From contig CAZYNJ010000003.1 in the NCBI GenBank assembly GCA_964648955.1, forward strand, positions 1 through 31,849: 31,849 nucleotides of DNA, in the 5' to 3' direction. Shown piece after piece: positions 1 to 8,304 of the stretch. Source of the DNA: an uncultured Candidatus Saccharibacteria bacterium. Lineage in GTDB: Bacteria > Patescibacteriota > Dojkabacteria > SC72. The position numbers were made by a program, and so were the translations under genes. Numbering within the stretch: position 1 is the stretch's first letter; each line of letters starts with the position of its first letter. A model generated the notes under the pieces. It was not told where the DNA came from and ran no database searches. It saw only the letters and a list, made by a program, of their open reading frames with translations.

Positions 1-20
1 TCTATGATACTCTAAATCAT

Positions 21-632
21 ATGATAGAGAAGAAAGATATACCTAAAAAGTTAAGGGATACGAAGAAATCATTTCTTTCAACACTTTCCAATGAGAACGG
101 TGATAAAGGTCTTTTAAGAGTATTTCCTAAAGACGTATCTTTTCACGGACAAGATAAAGATGAAGATATTATTCTTGTAGTTAGGGCCCATTGGATAACA
201 TGGATATCTCAAATATCATTCTCTCTACTCCTCGTTCTCATCCCTTTCCTGTTAATGTTTTCTTTCACTGGTTTAAGTTTATCTTTAACAGTAGGTCTAT
301 TATTACTAGGAATCGTCGTCTCTGTAACTAATACCTTGAATGCATTCTTTAAATGGTTTTACTCTGTAAATATAATTACAACACAGAGGATAATAGATGT
401 AGACTTTATTAATGCCTTTCAACATAGATTCTCAGAAGCACAACTAGAGAAGATAGAGGATATTTCTCATGAACATGTAGGTTTTCTAGGATCTCTTTTT
501 GATGTAGGTACAGTATATATACAAACTGCTGCTAGTAATGCAGAATTTGAATTTCAAAATATTCCTAGACCTAGGGATATTCAGGATACATTAAATGATT
601 TACTTGAAATGAAACAGGAGGGAGAAATCTAA
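21..632 (+). CDS. Membrane protein with a bacterial PH domain (bPH_2/DUF304-like), 203 aa
   Basis: Two hydrophobic helices followed by 'IITTQRIIDVD...LEKIEDIS...GSLFDVGTVYIQTA', the pattern of bacterial PH-domain membrane proteins common in CPR. Confidence 0.75.
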   Translation: MIEKKDIPKKLRDTKKSFLSTLSNENGDKGLLRVFPKDVSFHGQDKDEDIILVVRAHWITWISQISFSLLLVLIPFLLMFSFTGLSLSLTVGLLLLGIVVSVTNTLNAFFKWFYSVNIITTQRIIDVDFINAFQHRFSEAQLEKIEDISHEHVGFLGSLFDVGTVYIQTAASNAEFEFQNIPRPRDIQDTLNDLLEMKQEGEI

Positions 633-883
633 TGGATTATGGGGATATATTAGGAACAATGGCATTTGAATTTCCAGATTTTACATGGCTGTTAAAAGTG
701 CCTTTAGCAATATTGGTTGCTGGAATAATATTTTACAATATGATGATGTTACTAAGGATTAGGATATTAGCAGACACAGTAGATTCTAATGAAAACGTAG
801 GAATAAAAAGACTAGCATATATTCACACAATCTTGTCCATAGTGGGGTGTTTAGTGTCTTTAGTTTTAATTCTTCTGGGATGA
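632..883 (+). CDS. Small two-TM membrane protein, 83 aa (resembles CPR DUF5657-type proteins)
   Basis: Start overlaps the upstream stop (TAATG). Two hydrophobic segments. Family assignment is from memory only. Confidence 0.6.
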   Translation: MDYGDILGTMAFEFPDFTWLLKVPLAILVAGIIFYNMMMLLRIRILADTVDSNENVGIKRLAYIHTILSIVGCLVSLVLILLG

Positions 884-886
884 GAA

Positions 887-3124
887 ATGAAGATAAGGAC
901 TGCTCAATATATAGCAAAGAAACAAAATGGATCTTATGCTGTTTCTGCATATAGATATAAAGAATCTTTTGATAGTAGATCTTTTCAAAAGGGGGATCTT
1001 TACTGTCTTCTTTCTTTAGAGAGTGAGGAAGATATACAAGCTACTACTCTTGCTAAGTTTGTTTGGGATGGGGTATTAGATGCCTATACATATTCAGAGG
1101 CTAAGACAGCAAATGAAGCCATTACAGAGTCTCTTAAGATGGGGGAGAAAAAGGTAAGGGATTTGATAAAGAATGACAAGGAACTAGAAGAATCTGGTGT
1201 TAATCTAAACTTCGCATTGGTAGCAAACAAAAAGGAAGGTTTCTATGTTGGGGTTTATGGTGATATGGAGGTGTTTGTGTATAGAGAAGGTAGTTTTGTA
1301 TGTATATCAGAGGTTTTGAAGAAAAATAAGGCTAAAACAGCAGGTATTATACTTAAAAAAGGGGAATTTCTTGCAATATCAACACCCGAATTGTTTTCTG
1401 CTTTTGTAAATAGTTTTGATAATAGTGCTGGGGTGGATGCGATAGAAAACGCCTTGAGGAGTATAGAAGCTAGTCTAGAAGGATTAGAAGGGATCTTTAC
1501 ATTAAGAGTAGAGGAGGATTTAGAGGTTAAATTTGATGAAATAGAGACTAAAGAAGAAAAAAAAGGAGAGAAAGAGAGGATTGTAGCGGAGGAAAAAGTC
1601 CTTGAGGAAATTGATCCTCAGACTAGAAAGAAAAAGTTATTAAAAGAAATCACCTTAAATGGGAAAGCTGGGGATATTCTTTCTAAGATTAAGGAAATAT
1701 TGGGGATTGTAGGAGGATTTTTAAAGAATATTTCTAAAAAGATATCCTTTGCATTGTTGCCTTTGAGGGAAAAAGTAGGGGGAGAGCTTTCAAAGAAGAA
1801 AGTTTTTAAAAAAATTGGATCTAGAGTTTCCGAGATTAAATTCAAAAAGAGTAAGAGTAAAACTCAGGGATTTAGAATAGATGGATATAAGAGAAAGAGC
1901 CTTAAAAAACAAAGGATTCTAACCGTAGGTATAGCTTTTATAGCAATTATTTCAATCGCTTTGATTATTCAACTAATTATTACTAAAAAGCATGAAAAAG
2001 AAATACATGCAATAGGAACAGAACAGATGGATAATATAGGGAGTCACCTTTCTAGTGCTAGTGAAAATATTATAAAAGATAAGAATGAAGCAGAGGGTTC
2101 ATTGTACTTGGCGAAAGAGATATTGGACAGTTTATCGACAGAGATATCAGAAGAAGATTTAGTTAGAAAAGCAGAATTACTTTTAGAGTATCAAGAATTA
2201 GAGGATTTACTACTAAATAGAAAAGTCATTACGGATGAATCCCTAGTTAAATTCTTAGATACAAGATTAGCATTTGGAGAGGACTCTGCTACTACAGATA
2301 TAGCTTTTTACAAAGATACTTCTGAAAATGAATATCTTTATATTTCGGACAAAGGAGAGAAGGGAGTATATAGAGTTGCAATATATGACAAAGGAGTTGA
2401 AAAACTTCCTGATAATGAAGGATTATTGAAATCTCCAGAATATATAGATTATGGACACGAGGGAGTATATGTATATGATAGTACACAGGGTGTTTTAAAA
2501 TCATCATTTAGCAATGGTTTTAACAGTTCTTTTGAATCGTTAACTGGGGTTAAGGCAAGGGATTTGGATGATGACTCTATATCAGAGATGGCAATATTAA
2601 CAGAAACGGACAATATATATCTACTTAGTAGAAATGAGGGAGCAATACTTAAGTCTTCTAGAACAGGAAGTGGTTACGGTCTTACGTATGCATATATAGA
2701 GTCAGAGAGCTTCTCTCAAGCGAACGAGTTCTTCAGTGATTTTACAATCTATATTTTTCGTCCAGGATCTGATGGCTTAGAGACATATATATATAACTAT
2801 CTCACTTTTAAATATGAATATTCAGCCTCTACTTTGGTTGGTTTAAGGAATGAATTGGAGAATATTACAAAAGGGTATACTTCTGGTAGTTTAGATTTTG
2901 GTTTGTATGTATTTGATGCCAATCAAAAGAGATTTCTTGACTTCGAAAAGCCAAAGGAAGGGTTGGAGGAGTTACATCCAGGGGAGTTAATACTAAAACA
3001 GCAGTATATATATAGGGGAAAAGCAAAGGACATGTTTACAGATGTAAAGGATTTTGTAGTGGATGCAGAGGAGAAGTTTATGTATATATTAGATGGGAAG
3101 ACTATTTGGAAGGTTACTCTTTAG
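887..3124 (+). CDS. Large membrane-anchored hypothetical protein, 745 aa (putative degenerate PP2C-like N-domain, Lys-rich linker, one TM helix, C-terminal beta-propeller-like region)
   Basis: Long ORF with host-like codon usage. TM segment 'ILTVGIAFIAIISIALIIQLII'. Repeated 'LYISD/VYVYD/IYLL/LYVFD/MYILD' strands typical of NHL/propeller blades. Confidence 0.6.
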   Translation: MKIRTAQYIAKKQNGSYAVSAYRYKESFDSRSFQKGDLYCLLSLESEEDIQATTLAKFVWDGVLDAYTYSEAKTANEAITESLKMGEKKVRDLIKNDKELEESGVNLNFALVANKKEGFYVGVYGDMEVFVYREGSFVCISEVLKKNKAKTAGIILKKGEFLAISTPELFSAFVNSFDNSAGVDAIENALRSIEASLEGLEGIFTLRVEEDLEVKFDEIETKEEKKGEKERIVAEEKVLEEIDPQTRKKKLLKEITLNGKAGDILSKIKEILGIVGGFLKNISKKISFALLPLREKVGGELSKKKVFKKIGSRVSEIKFKKSKSKTQGFRIDGYKRKSLKKQRILTVGIAFIAIISIALIIQLIITKKHEKEIHAIGTEQMDNIGSHLSSASENIIKDKNEAEGSLYLAKEILDSLSTEISEEDLVRKAELLLEYQELEDLLLNRKVITDESLVKFLDTRLAFGEDSATTDIAFYKDTSENEYLYISDKGEKGVYRVAIYDKGVEKLPDNEGLLKSPEYIDYGHEGVYVYDSTQGVLKSSFSNGFNSSFESLTGVKARDLDDDSISEMAILTETDNIYLLSRNEGAILKSSRTGSGYGLTYAYIESESFSQANEFFSDFTIYIFRPGSDGLETYIYNYLTFKYEYSASTLVGLRNELENITKGYTSGSLDFGLYVFDANQKRFLDFEKPKEGLEELHPGELILKQQYIYRGKAKDMFTDVKDFVVDAEEKFMYILDGKTIWKVTL

Positions 3125-3139
3125 TGTATAATCCGGGGT

Positions 3140-3583
3140 ATGAGAATAAAGAATAAGAAGGCATTTTTTAACTATAAGATATTGGAATCCTTAGAAGTAG
3201 GGGTAGTTTTGACTGGAGCTGAGGTTAAATCTTTGAGAAATAATAGAGGAAACTTGGCAGATGCTTTTGTAAAGAAGATAAGGGGAGAATTTTGGTTAGT
3301 TAATATGGAAATTCCTAGGTATAAGTATGATGGGAATCCTGATTATGATGCTCATAGATCAAGAAAGTTACTTCTAAAGAGGAAGGAAATGGTCAAATTA
3401 GAGAGTAAGATGAAACAGGGAAGGCTTTCTTTAATCCCTATCAGTGTGTATTTGAAAGGAAGAAGAGTGAAGGTAGAGATAGCATTAGCAAAAGGAAAGA
3501 AGAAGTATGAGAAGAAGAATGCTCAGAAAGAGAAGGATTTAGAGAGAGAACTACATAGAGAGAAAAGAAAATATATGATATAA
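3140..3583 (+). CDS. smpB: SsrA-binding protein SmpB
   Basis: Motifs NKKAFFNY, GVVLTGAEVKSLR and RSRKLLL, plus the basic C-tail GKKKYEKK. Confidence 0.97.
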   Translation: MRIKNKKAFFNYKILESLEVGVVLTGAEVKSLRNNRGNLADAFVKKIRGEFWLVNMEIPRYKYDGNPDYDAHRSRKLLLKRKEMVKLESKMKQGRLSLIPISVYLKGRRVKVEIALAKGKKKYEKKNAQKEKDLERELHREKRKYMI

Positions 3584-3592
3584 TTACAGGAT

Positions 3593-3958
3593 ATGAATGG
3601 GATACCAGACATAGCTGAAACAATTGGAAGTGTTGGAGAAGTGAAGACTCCAGCTTTTGAGGGAGGGAATATCAATCCTACCAGAGCAGAGATTGTAGAA
3701 GAGGGGAATAATGGTACAGGTAGTTTCATTTCTTCTCTAAATGAAAAATTTTCAAGGACAGAAGGTGAATCTGAGAAAGATAATCAAAAAGTAACTGCTA
3801 CAGATAAGCTTCCTTTAAATCAAGGAACTATCCAAACAGAACAATTTGAAGGAGCTGGATACAATAGTTATGTTGTTAAGAGGAAGGTTGTCTCAGAAGG
3901 AAAAATAGATCTTCATAGTGGGGATGGTTGTAATGAAATAAGAAGAATAGGGTTGTAA
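3593..3958 (+). CDS. Hypothetical, probably disordered protein, 121 aa
   Basis: ORF fills the gap after smpB, with AGGA upstream of the ATG. Rich in Gly/Glu/Ser/Thr, no recognisable motif. Confidence 0.55.
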   Translation: MNGIPDIAETIGSVGEVKTPAFEGGNINPTRAEIVEEGNNGTGSFISSLNEKFSRTEGESEKDNQKVTATDKLPLNQGTIQTEQFEGAGYNSYVVKRKVVSEGKIDLHSGDGCNEIRRIGL

Positions 3959-4032
3959 ACAATTTTGATAGGATAGAAAATTAACTCTTTTCTCAAGAAA
4001 ATTTCCTTTTTTTATGATATTCTTTAGTTAAT

Positions 4033-6579
4033 ATGGTAGACATATCTTCTCAAGATACAGTTATATACTCTCAAGTATTCGGGCCTAGTATAGAGGTGGA
4101 AAGTAGTCCTGGAGAAACAGTCTCCTATACAGATAATACATATGGAGATTTAAGTAATCATTGGTACGATAATGTTCCTTGGGGATGGATATCTTTTAGT
4201 ATTCTGGTAATAAGTCTTACTGTTGGGGCTTTCCTTTGGCTTAAATCTAAACTTCTAAGGAAAGATAGCAATGAAAAGGTAAGAGATACCGTTACTTTTG
4301 AGGTTAAAGTATCTAGGCAGAATGAAATAGAGATAGGAGTAGCTGAACAAATGTTTGCTAACCTTGCAGGGATAGGGGGAAGGGGGAAAGGTCTTGCAAA
4401 ACTTTTTAGTGTAGAAAATGGGATTAGTTTTGAGGTTGTTGGATTACCAGGGGAGATAAGGTTTTTTGTTAATTGTCCTAGAAAGTTTGCAGATTTAGTA
4501 GAAAAGCAGATATTAGGGTCGTACCAAGATGCTGATGTAACAATAGTTCCTGATTATAATATATTTGCAGAAGGAAGTAGGGTTGATTTTGCTGCATTGA
4601 GATTAGATGAAGAGGAATATTGTCCGATTACGACATATGAAGATTTTACAGGAGATCCACTTTCTAACATTTTGAGTTGTTTAAGTAAAATATCAGAGGG
4701 GGAAGGTGTTTTGGTACAGGTAATAGTATCTCCTGCTGGTTCTGAATGGCAGAAAGCCGGAAGATCTTTTGTAAAGAATGTAGAAGAGAGTAAGTCTGAT
4801 CCTGAAAGAAAGAGTATGGGGGTCTCTCAAGAGAGGGTAGAAGCGATTAATAAGAAAATTGCAAAGCCCGGTTTCAGAACGGAGATTAGGATTGTTACTA
4901 GTGCTGCCAATGATGATTTAGCTAAAATGCATTTAGAAAATATTGTAGGAGCTTTTGATCAGTTTAATAATCCTCAGGTTAATAAGTTTAAGAAAGTAAA
5001 GCTTAATAAGTCTCGTGAGAAAGAATTTGTAAAAGATGTTCTATTCAGAAGAGCCCCATACAAATCAAGTATGATTTTAAATATGGAGGAGCTAGCCACA
5101 ATATTTCATTTTCCCAATAAGGATATTGATACTCCTAATATTCAATGGTTACTTTCTAAGGAGGCTCCTGCAGCTAATATGATAAGTACGGATATTGATT
5201 CTAAGGATACTATTTGGCTTGGGAATAACTATTTCAGAGGGCGGAGGAGACCTGTTTGTTTCAAGAAGGATGATAGGAGAAGGCATTCCTACATATTAGG
5301 ACAAACTGGTTCTGGTAAATCTTGGTTAATGATGAGAATGATCATTCAAGATATTTATAATGGCGATGGTGTTTGCTTTATAGATCCTCACGGAGAAACT
5401 GCAGAATTGATTTTAGATAGGATTCCTCCAGAGAGAGCAGAAGATGTTATATATTTCAATGCTGGAGATTTTGATAGACCGTTTGGTTTTAACCTTATGG
5501 AATTCTATAACGAGCAGGATATGCATAGGATTGTTAATAGCTTCATAGCTCTACTTATCAAGCTTTTTGATCCTAATCAACAAGGTTTTGTTGGTCCAAT
5601 CATGCAACAGGCAGTTCGAAATTCCATGCTTACCGCAATGTCAAAAGAAGGATCGACCTTAATAGAGGTTGTTAGGATACTACAAGATGAGAATTGGGTA
5701 AGAGAACATTGGTTACCTTTGATCAAAGACGAACAGGTGAAGAGATATTGGACAGAACAGATTGCAAAAACAGATCAGAAGACCAAATCAGAAACAATGG
5801 GTTACTTTTTAAGTAAATTTGACAAATTTACGACTAATCTTGCGATTAGAAATATCATAGGACAGTCTAAATCATCTTTTGATTTTAGGGATGTTATGGA
5901 TAATAGAAAGATATTGATAATTAATCTTTCTAAGGGTATTTTAGGTGATGAGAATATGTCCTTTTTAGGATTACTTATAGTTCAGAAACTTCTCTCTTCT
6001 GCTTTGAGTAGGGAGGATATACCAGAGGAACAGAGGAGTGATTTTTTCTTCTATGCTGACGAATTCCAAAATTTCACTACCGAAGAGTTTGCTACGATAT
6101 TGTCTGAAGCTAGGAAATATCGTTTAAATTTAACTTTGGCACACCAATATATTGGCCAATTACCAGAGAACATTAAGGGTGCTGTTTTTGGTAATGTTGG
6201 TACATTACTTATTGCTAGAACTAGTACTGAAGATGGAGAATTTTTAGCTCCCCAATTTGAACCTGTTTTAAAGAATACGGATATTATCAATCAGCCAAAC
6301 TTCCATTTTTATGCAAAGATGCTTGTGGATGGTATGTATCCTGCACCATTTTCCTTAGAAACAGGATATGGTTCTAAGTTTCCAGAATCTAAGTTCGATC
6401 TTCCTGTTAACAAGGAGGTTTCTGCCTTTATTAAAGAATTTTCTAGAACCAAATATGGTAGGGATGTTAACTTAGTTAACAAGGAGATAGGGGAGAGATC
6501 CAAGATAGAAAAGAGTTCTGCAAAGCCTAAAGTCCCTTCTGTTGGAGGTGTGGGGTCTACACTCAGGAGTGGTTTATAG
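4033..6579 (+). CDS. Membrane-anchored VirD4/TraD/HerA-like (DUF87-type) P-loop ATPase, 848 aa
   Basis: N-terminal TM helix, Walker A GQTGSGKS, 'FIDPHGE', Walker B 'FYADEFQNF' and 'LSEARKYRLNLTLAHQY', all typical of coupling-protein-like ATPases widespread in CPR. Confidence 0.85.
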   Translation: MVDISSQDTVIYSQVFGPSIEVESSPGETVSYTDNTYGDLSNHWYDNVPWGWISFSILVISLTVGAFLWLKSKLLRKDSNEKVRDTVTFEVKVSRQNEIEIGVAEQMFANLAGIGGRGKGLAKLFSVENGISFEVVGLPGEIRFFVNCPRKFADLVEKQILGSYQDADVTIVPDYNIFAEGSRVDFAALRLDEEEYCPITTYEDFTGDPLSNILSCLSKISEGEGVLVQVIVSPAGSEWQKAGRSFVKNVEESKSDPERKSMGVSQERVEAINKKIAKPGFRTEIRIVTSAANDDLAKMHLENIVGAFDQFNNPQVNKFKKVKLNKSREKEFVKDVLFRRAPYKSSMILNMEELATIFHFPNKDIDTPNIQWLLSKEAPAANMISTDIDSKDTIWLGNNYFRGRRRPVCFKKDDRRRHSYILGQTGSGKSWLMMRMIIQDIYNGDGVCFIDPHGETAELILDRIPPERAEDVIYFNAGDFDRPFGFNLMEFYNEQDMHRIVNSFIALLIKLFDPNQQGFVGPIMQQAVRNSMLTAMSKEGSTLIEVVRILQDENWVREHWLPLIKDEQVKRYWTEQIAKTDQKTKSETMGYFLSKFDKFTTNLAIRNIIGQSKSSFDFRDVMDNRKILIINLSKGILGDENMSFLGLLIVQKLLSSALSREDIPEEQRSDFFFYADEFQNFTTEEFATILSEARKYRLNLTLAHQYIGQLPENIKGAVFGNVGTLLIARTSTEDGEFLAPQFEPVLKNTDIINQPNFHFYAKMLVDGMYPAPFSLETGYGSKFPESKFDLPVNKEVSAFIKEFSRTKYGRDVNLVNKEIGERSKIEKSSAKPKVPSVGGVGSTLRSGL

Positions 6580-6598
6580 TGAAAAAATCCTTATTATC

Positions 6599-6607
6599 TG
6601 GTAAAAT
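6599..6607 (+). promoter_or_regulatory. Extended -10 promoter element for tRNA-Ile(UAU)
   Basis: TG-G-TAAAAT ending 11 nt before the tRNA 5' end. Confidence 0.6.
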
Positions 6608-6618
6608 CCATTTGTATT

Positions 6619-6695
6619 GGGAGTGTAGCTCAGGTGGTTAGAGCGCGGTTCTTATAAAGCCGTGGTCGGCAGTTCGAGTCTGCCCACTCCCACCA
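6619..6695 (+). tRNA. tRNA-Ile (anticodon UAU)
   Basis: Full cloverleaf: GGGAGTG/CACTCCC acceptor, A73, encoded CCA, D-stem GCTC/GAGC, anticodon stem CGGTT/AGCCG around loop CT-TAT-AA, T-arm GGCAG-TTCGAGT-CTGCC. Confidence 0.93.
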
Positions 6696-6726
6696 GTCGT
6701 TAACCTATAAATGTGAATTGAATTTT

Positions 6727-7617
6727 CTACAGTGCTTTGAGGTTTCTTTCCTTCTCGGGTTTAGATCCTTCTACTAGATTGAGATATTTCTCTGTTGTAG
6801 AAAGTCTCTTGTGTCCTACTAGCTTTGATACAGTTACTAGGCTTACTCCATTAGCTAAGTGATGTGCTATAAATGTATTTCTTAAATCATTAACCTTTGC
6901 ATTTTTAATACCTGCTTTTTCAAATGCCTTATCTATTGTTGTTCTAATATTTCTTACTAAAAGAGGTCTTCCATTCTTTGTAATGAAAAGAGTCTCATCC
7001 TCTGTTTCTGGTCTAATTTCTAAATAGTCTTGTACTGCTTTAAATGCAGAGTTATTTAGAGGAACTTTTCTTGAATCATGACTACCTGCAGCTTTTATAT
7101 AAAGATAGTTTAATTTCTTGTCTTTTGAAGTTCGTATATCTTCTAAGTTTAGATTGGCTAATTCACCAATTCTAATACCTGTTTGAAGTAAAAGCTCTAC
7201 GATAGAGTAGAGACGAGTATCAACTCTACTAACATCTCTAAGAGCTCTGTATTCCATCTCTGAGAGTACTCTAGGTGGTTTTATATCGAATTTAGGATGT
7301 GAGAGCTTTTCTGATGGATTATCAGGAATAATTCCTTGTTCCAAGAGGTACTTATAATAGGTCCTAGTGCTATTAGTCTTTCTAGAAATACTCTTTGGGG
7401 TATAGTTACTATCCTCTAAATGTTTTTTATACTTCTCTAAGTCTTCAATTGTTGTTTTTGCTAAGTTCGAAATACCATTTAAAGAGAAAAAATTAAGGAG
7501 TTGCTCAATGTCTTTAGAGTAGGCAATAATGGTAGCTTCAGATCTACCTTTTTCTCTGAGTTCGATTATGAATCCTTTATGTATCTCTGCGAATTTAGGA
7601 TTATTGATTTTAACCAT
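6727..7617 (-). CDS. XerC/XerD-like tyrosine recombinase, 296 aa
   Basis: N-terminal SAM-like domain (RSEATIIAYSKD), catalytic-domain motifs TGIRIGEL, NDLRNTF and LVGHKRLSTTEKY. Confidence 0.88.
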   Translation of the reverse strand: MVKINNPKFAEIHKGFIIELREKGRSEATIIAYSKDIEQLLNFFSLNGISNLAKTTIEDLEKYKKHLEDSNYTPKSISRKTNSTRTYYKYLLEQGIIPDNPSEKLSHPKFDIKPPRVLSEMEYRALRDVSRVDTRLYSIVELLLQTGIRIGELANLNLEDIRTSKDKKLNYLYIKAAGSHDSRKVPLNNSAFKAVQDYLEIRPETEDETLFITKNGRPLLVRNIRTTIDKAFEKAGIKNAKVNDLRNTFIAHHLANGVSLVTVSKLVGHKRLSTTEKYLNLVEGSKPEKERNLKAL

Positions 7618-7664
7618 ATGATTGATAGGATAGCTTATATACTTGTGTCTTTAAACCTTATGGG

Positions 7665-7693
7665 ATTATATCATCGCACGATATTGGGGTCAA
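7665..7693 (-). promoter_or_regulatory. Sigma70-type promoter of the Xer-like gene
   Basis: On the minus strand: TTGACC (7693-7688), 17 nt, TATAAT (7670-7665), with an extended -10 TG. Confidence 0.75.
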
Positions 7694-7750
7694 TAATATA
7701 ACTATAGTGTTGAATGCGAAAAGTCTGTTTTATGATAAGATATTGGTAGT

Positions 7751-8182
7751 ATGAAATTCGAAAGAAAGAGAGTGGAAAAAGACAATATAGATATTTTCCA
7801 ACGAATCACAGGGAGTAAAGTAGGAGGATCCCTCCTTATAATTCTCTCTGGGATTTTAATCTATAACATTGCAAAGTCCATGATTATAACCTCTGAAAAA
7901 GTCCAGATATTAAGTCAGGCAGAGAAGGAGGTTAGTAATTTGAGGTTAGATAATTTGGAGAATCTGTTACTGATAGAGTATATGACTTCTGATGAATATC
8001 TAGAGACGGAGGCCAGGAATAGATTGAATCTATCTAAGAAAGGAGAGGTGGCTTTCGTAATACCAGAAGAGATATTAGAGAAAGGTCTTTTACAGGTAGA
8101 AAGAATCCTCAATGAAGATGAGAGAGTTTCTGATATCGAGAACTGGAGGATATGGCAAGACTTTTTCATTGTAGGAATTTGA
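7751..8182 (+). CDS. ftsB: Septum formation initiator, FtsB/DivIC family
   Basis: Short basic N-terminus, one TM helix, a coiled coil, then 'DEYLETEARNRLNLSKKGE', matching the DivIC signature. Confidence 0.8.
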   Translation: MKFERKRVEKDNIDIFQRITGSKVGGSLLIILSGILIYNIAKSMIITSEKVQILSQAEKEVSNLRLDNLENLLLIEYMTSDEYLETEARNRLNLSKKGEVAFVIPEEILEKGLLQVERILNEDERVSDIENWRIWQDFFIVGI

Positions 8183-8207
8183 TGTTTAGAGTTAGTTAAT
8201 ATATAAT
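8179..8207 (+). promoter_or_regulatory. Sigma70-type promoter of tRNA-fMet
   Basis: TTGATG (8179-8184), 17 nt, TATAAT (8202-8207). Confidence 0.65.
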
Positions 8208-8226
8208 GGCTTTGCGATAAGGATAT

Positions 8227-8301
8227 CGCGGGGTAGAGCAGTGGAAGCTCGTCAGGCTCATAACCTGGAGGTCGTCGGTTCGAATCCGACCCCCGCAACC
8301 A
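8227..8301 (+). tRNA. Initiator tRNA-fMet (CAU)
   Basis: CGCGGGG/CCCCGCA acceptor with C1xA72 mismatch, A11-U24 pair, loop CT-CAT-AA, encoded CCA. Confidence 0.93.
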
Positions 8302-8304
8302 ATT

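Noticed and set aside
3584-4032. tmRNA (ssrA) expected next to smpB
   Set aside because: No GGGG..-type 5' end and no T-arm/ACCA 3' end. The region is occupied by an ORF.
4033-7617. Integrative element (VirD4-like ATPase + tRNA + tyrosine recombinase)
   Set aside because: No duplicated tRNA 3' end (att site) was found; the similarity to the 9590 tRNA is within a complete tRNA. There is no relaxase or cargo, composition matches the neighbours, and the flanks are core genes.
7915-8298. 127-aa minus-strand ORF starting MRGSDSNRRPPGYEP
   Set aside because: Antisense reading of tRNA-fMet and ftsB.
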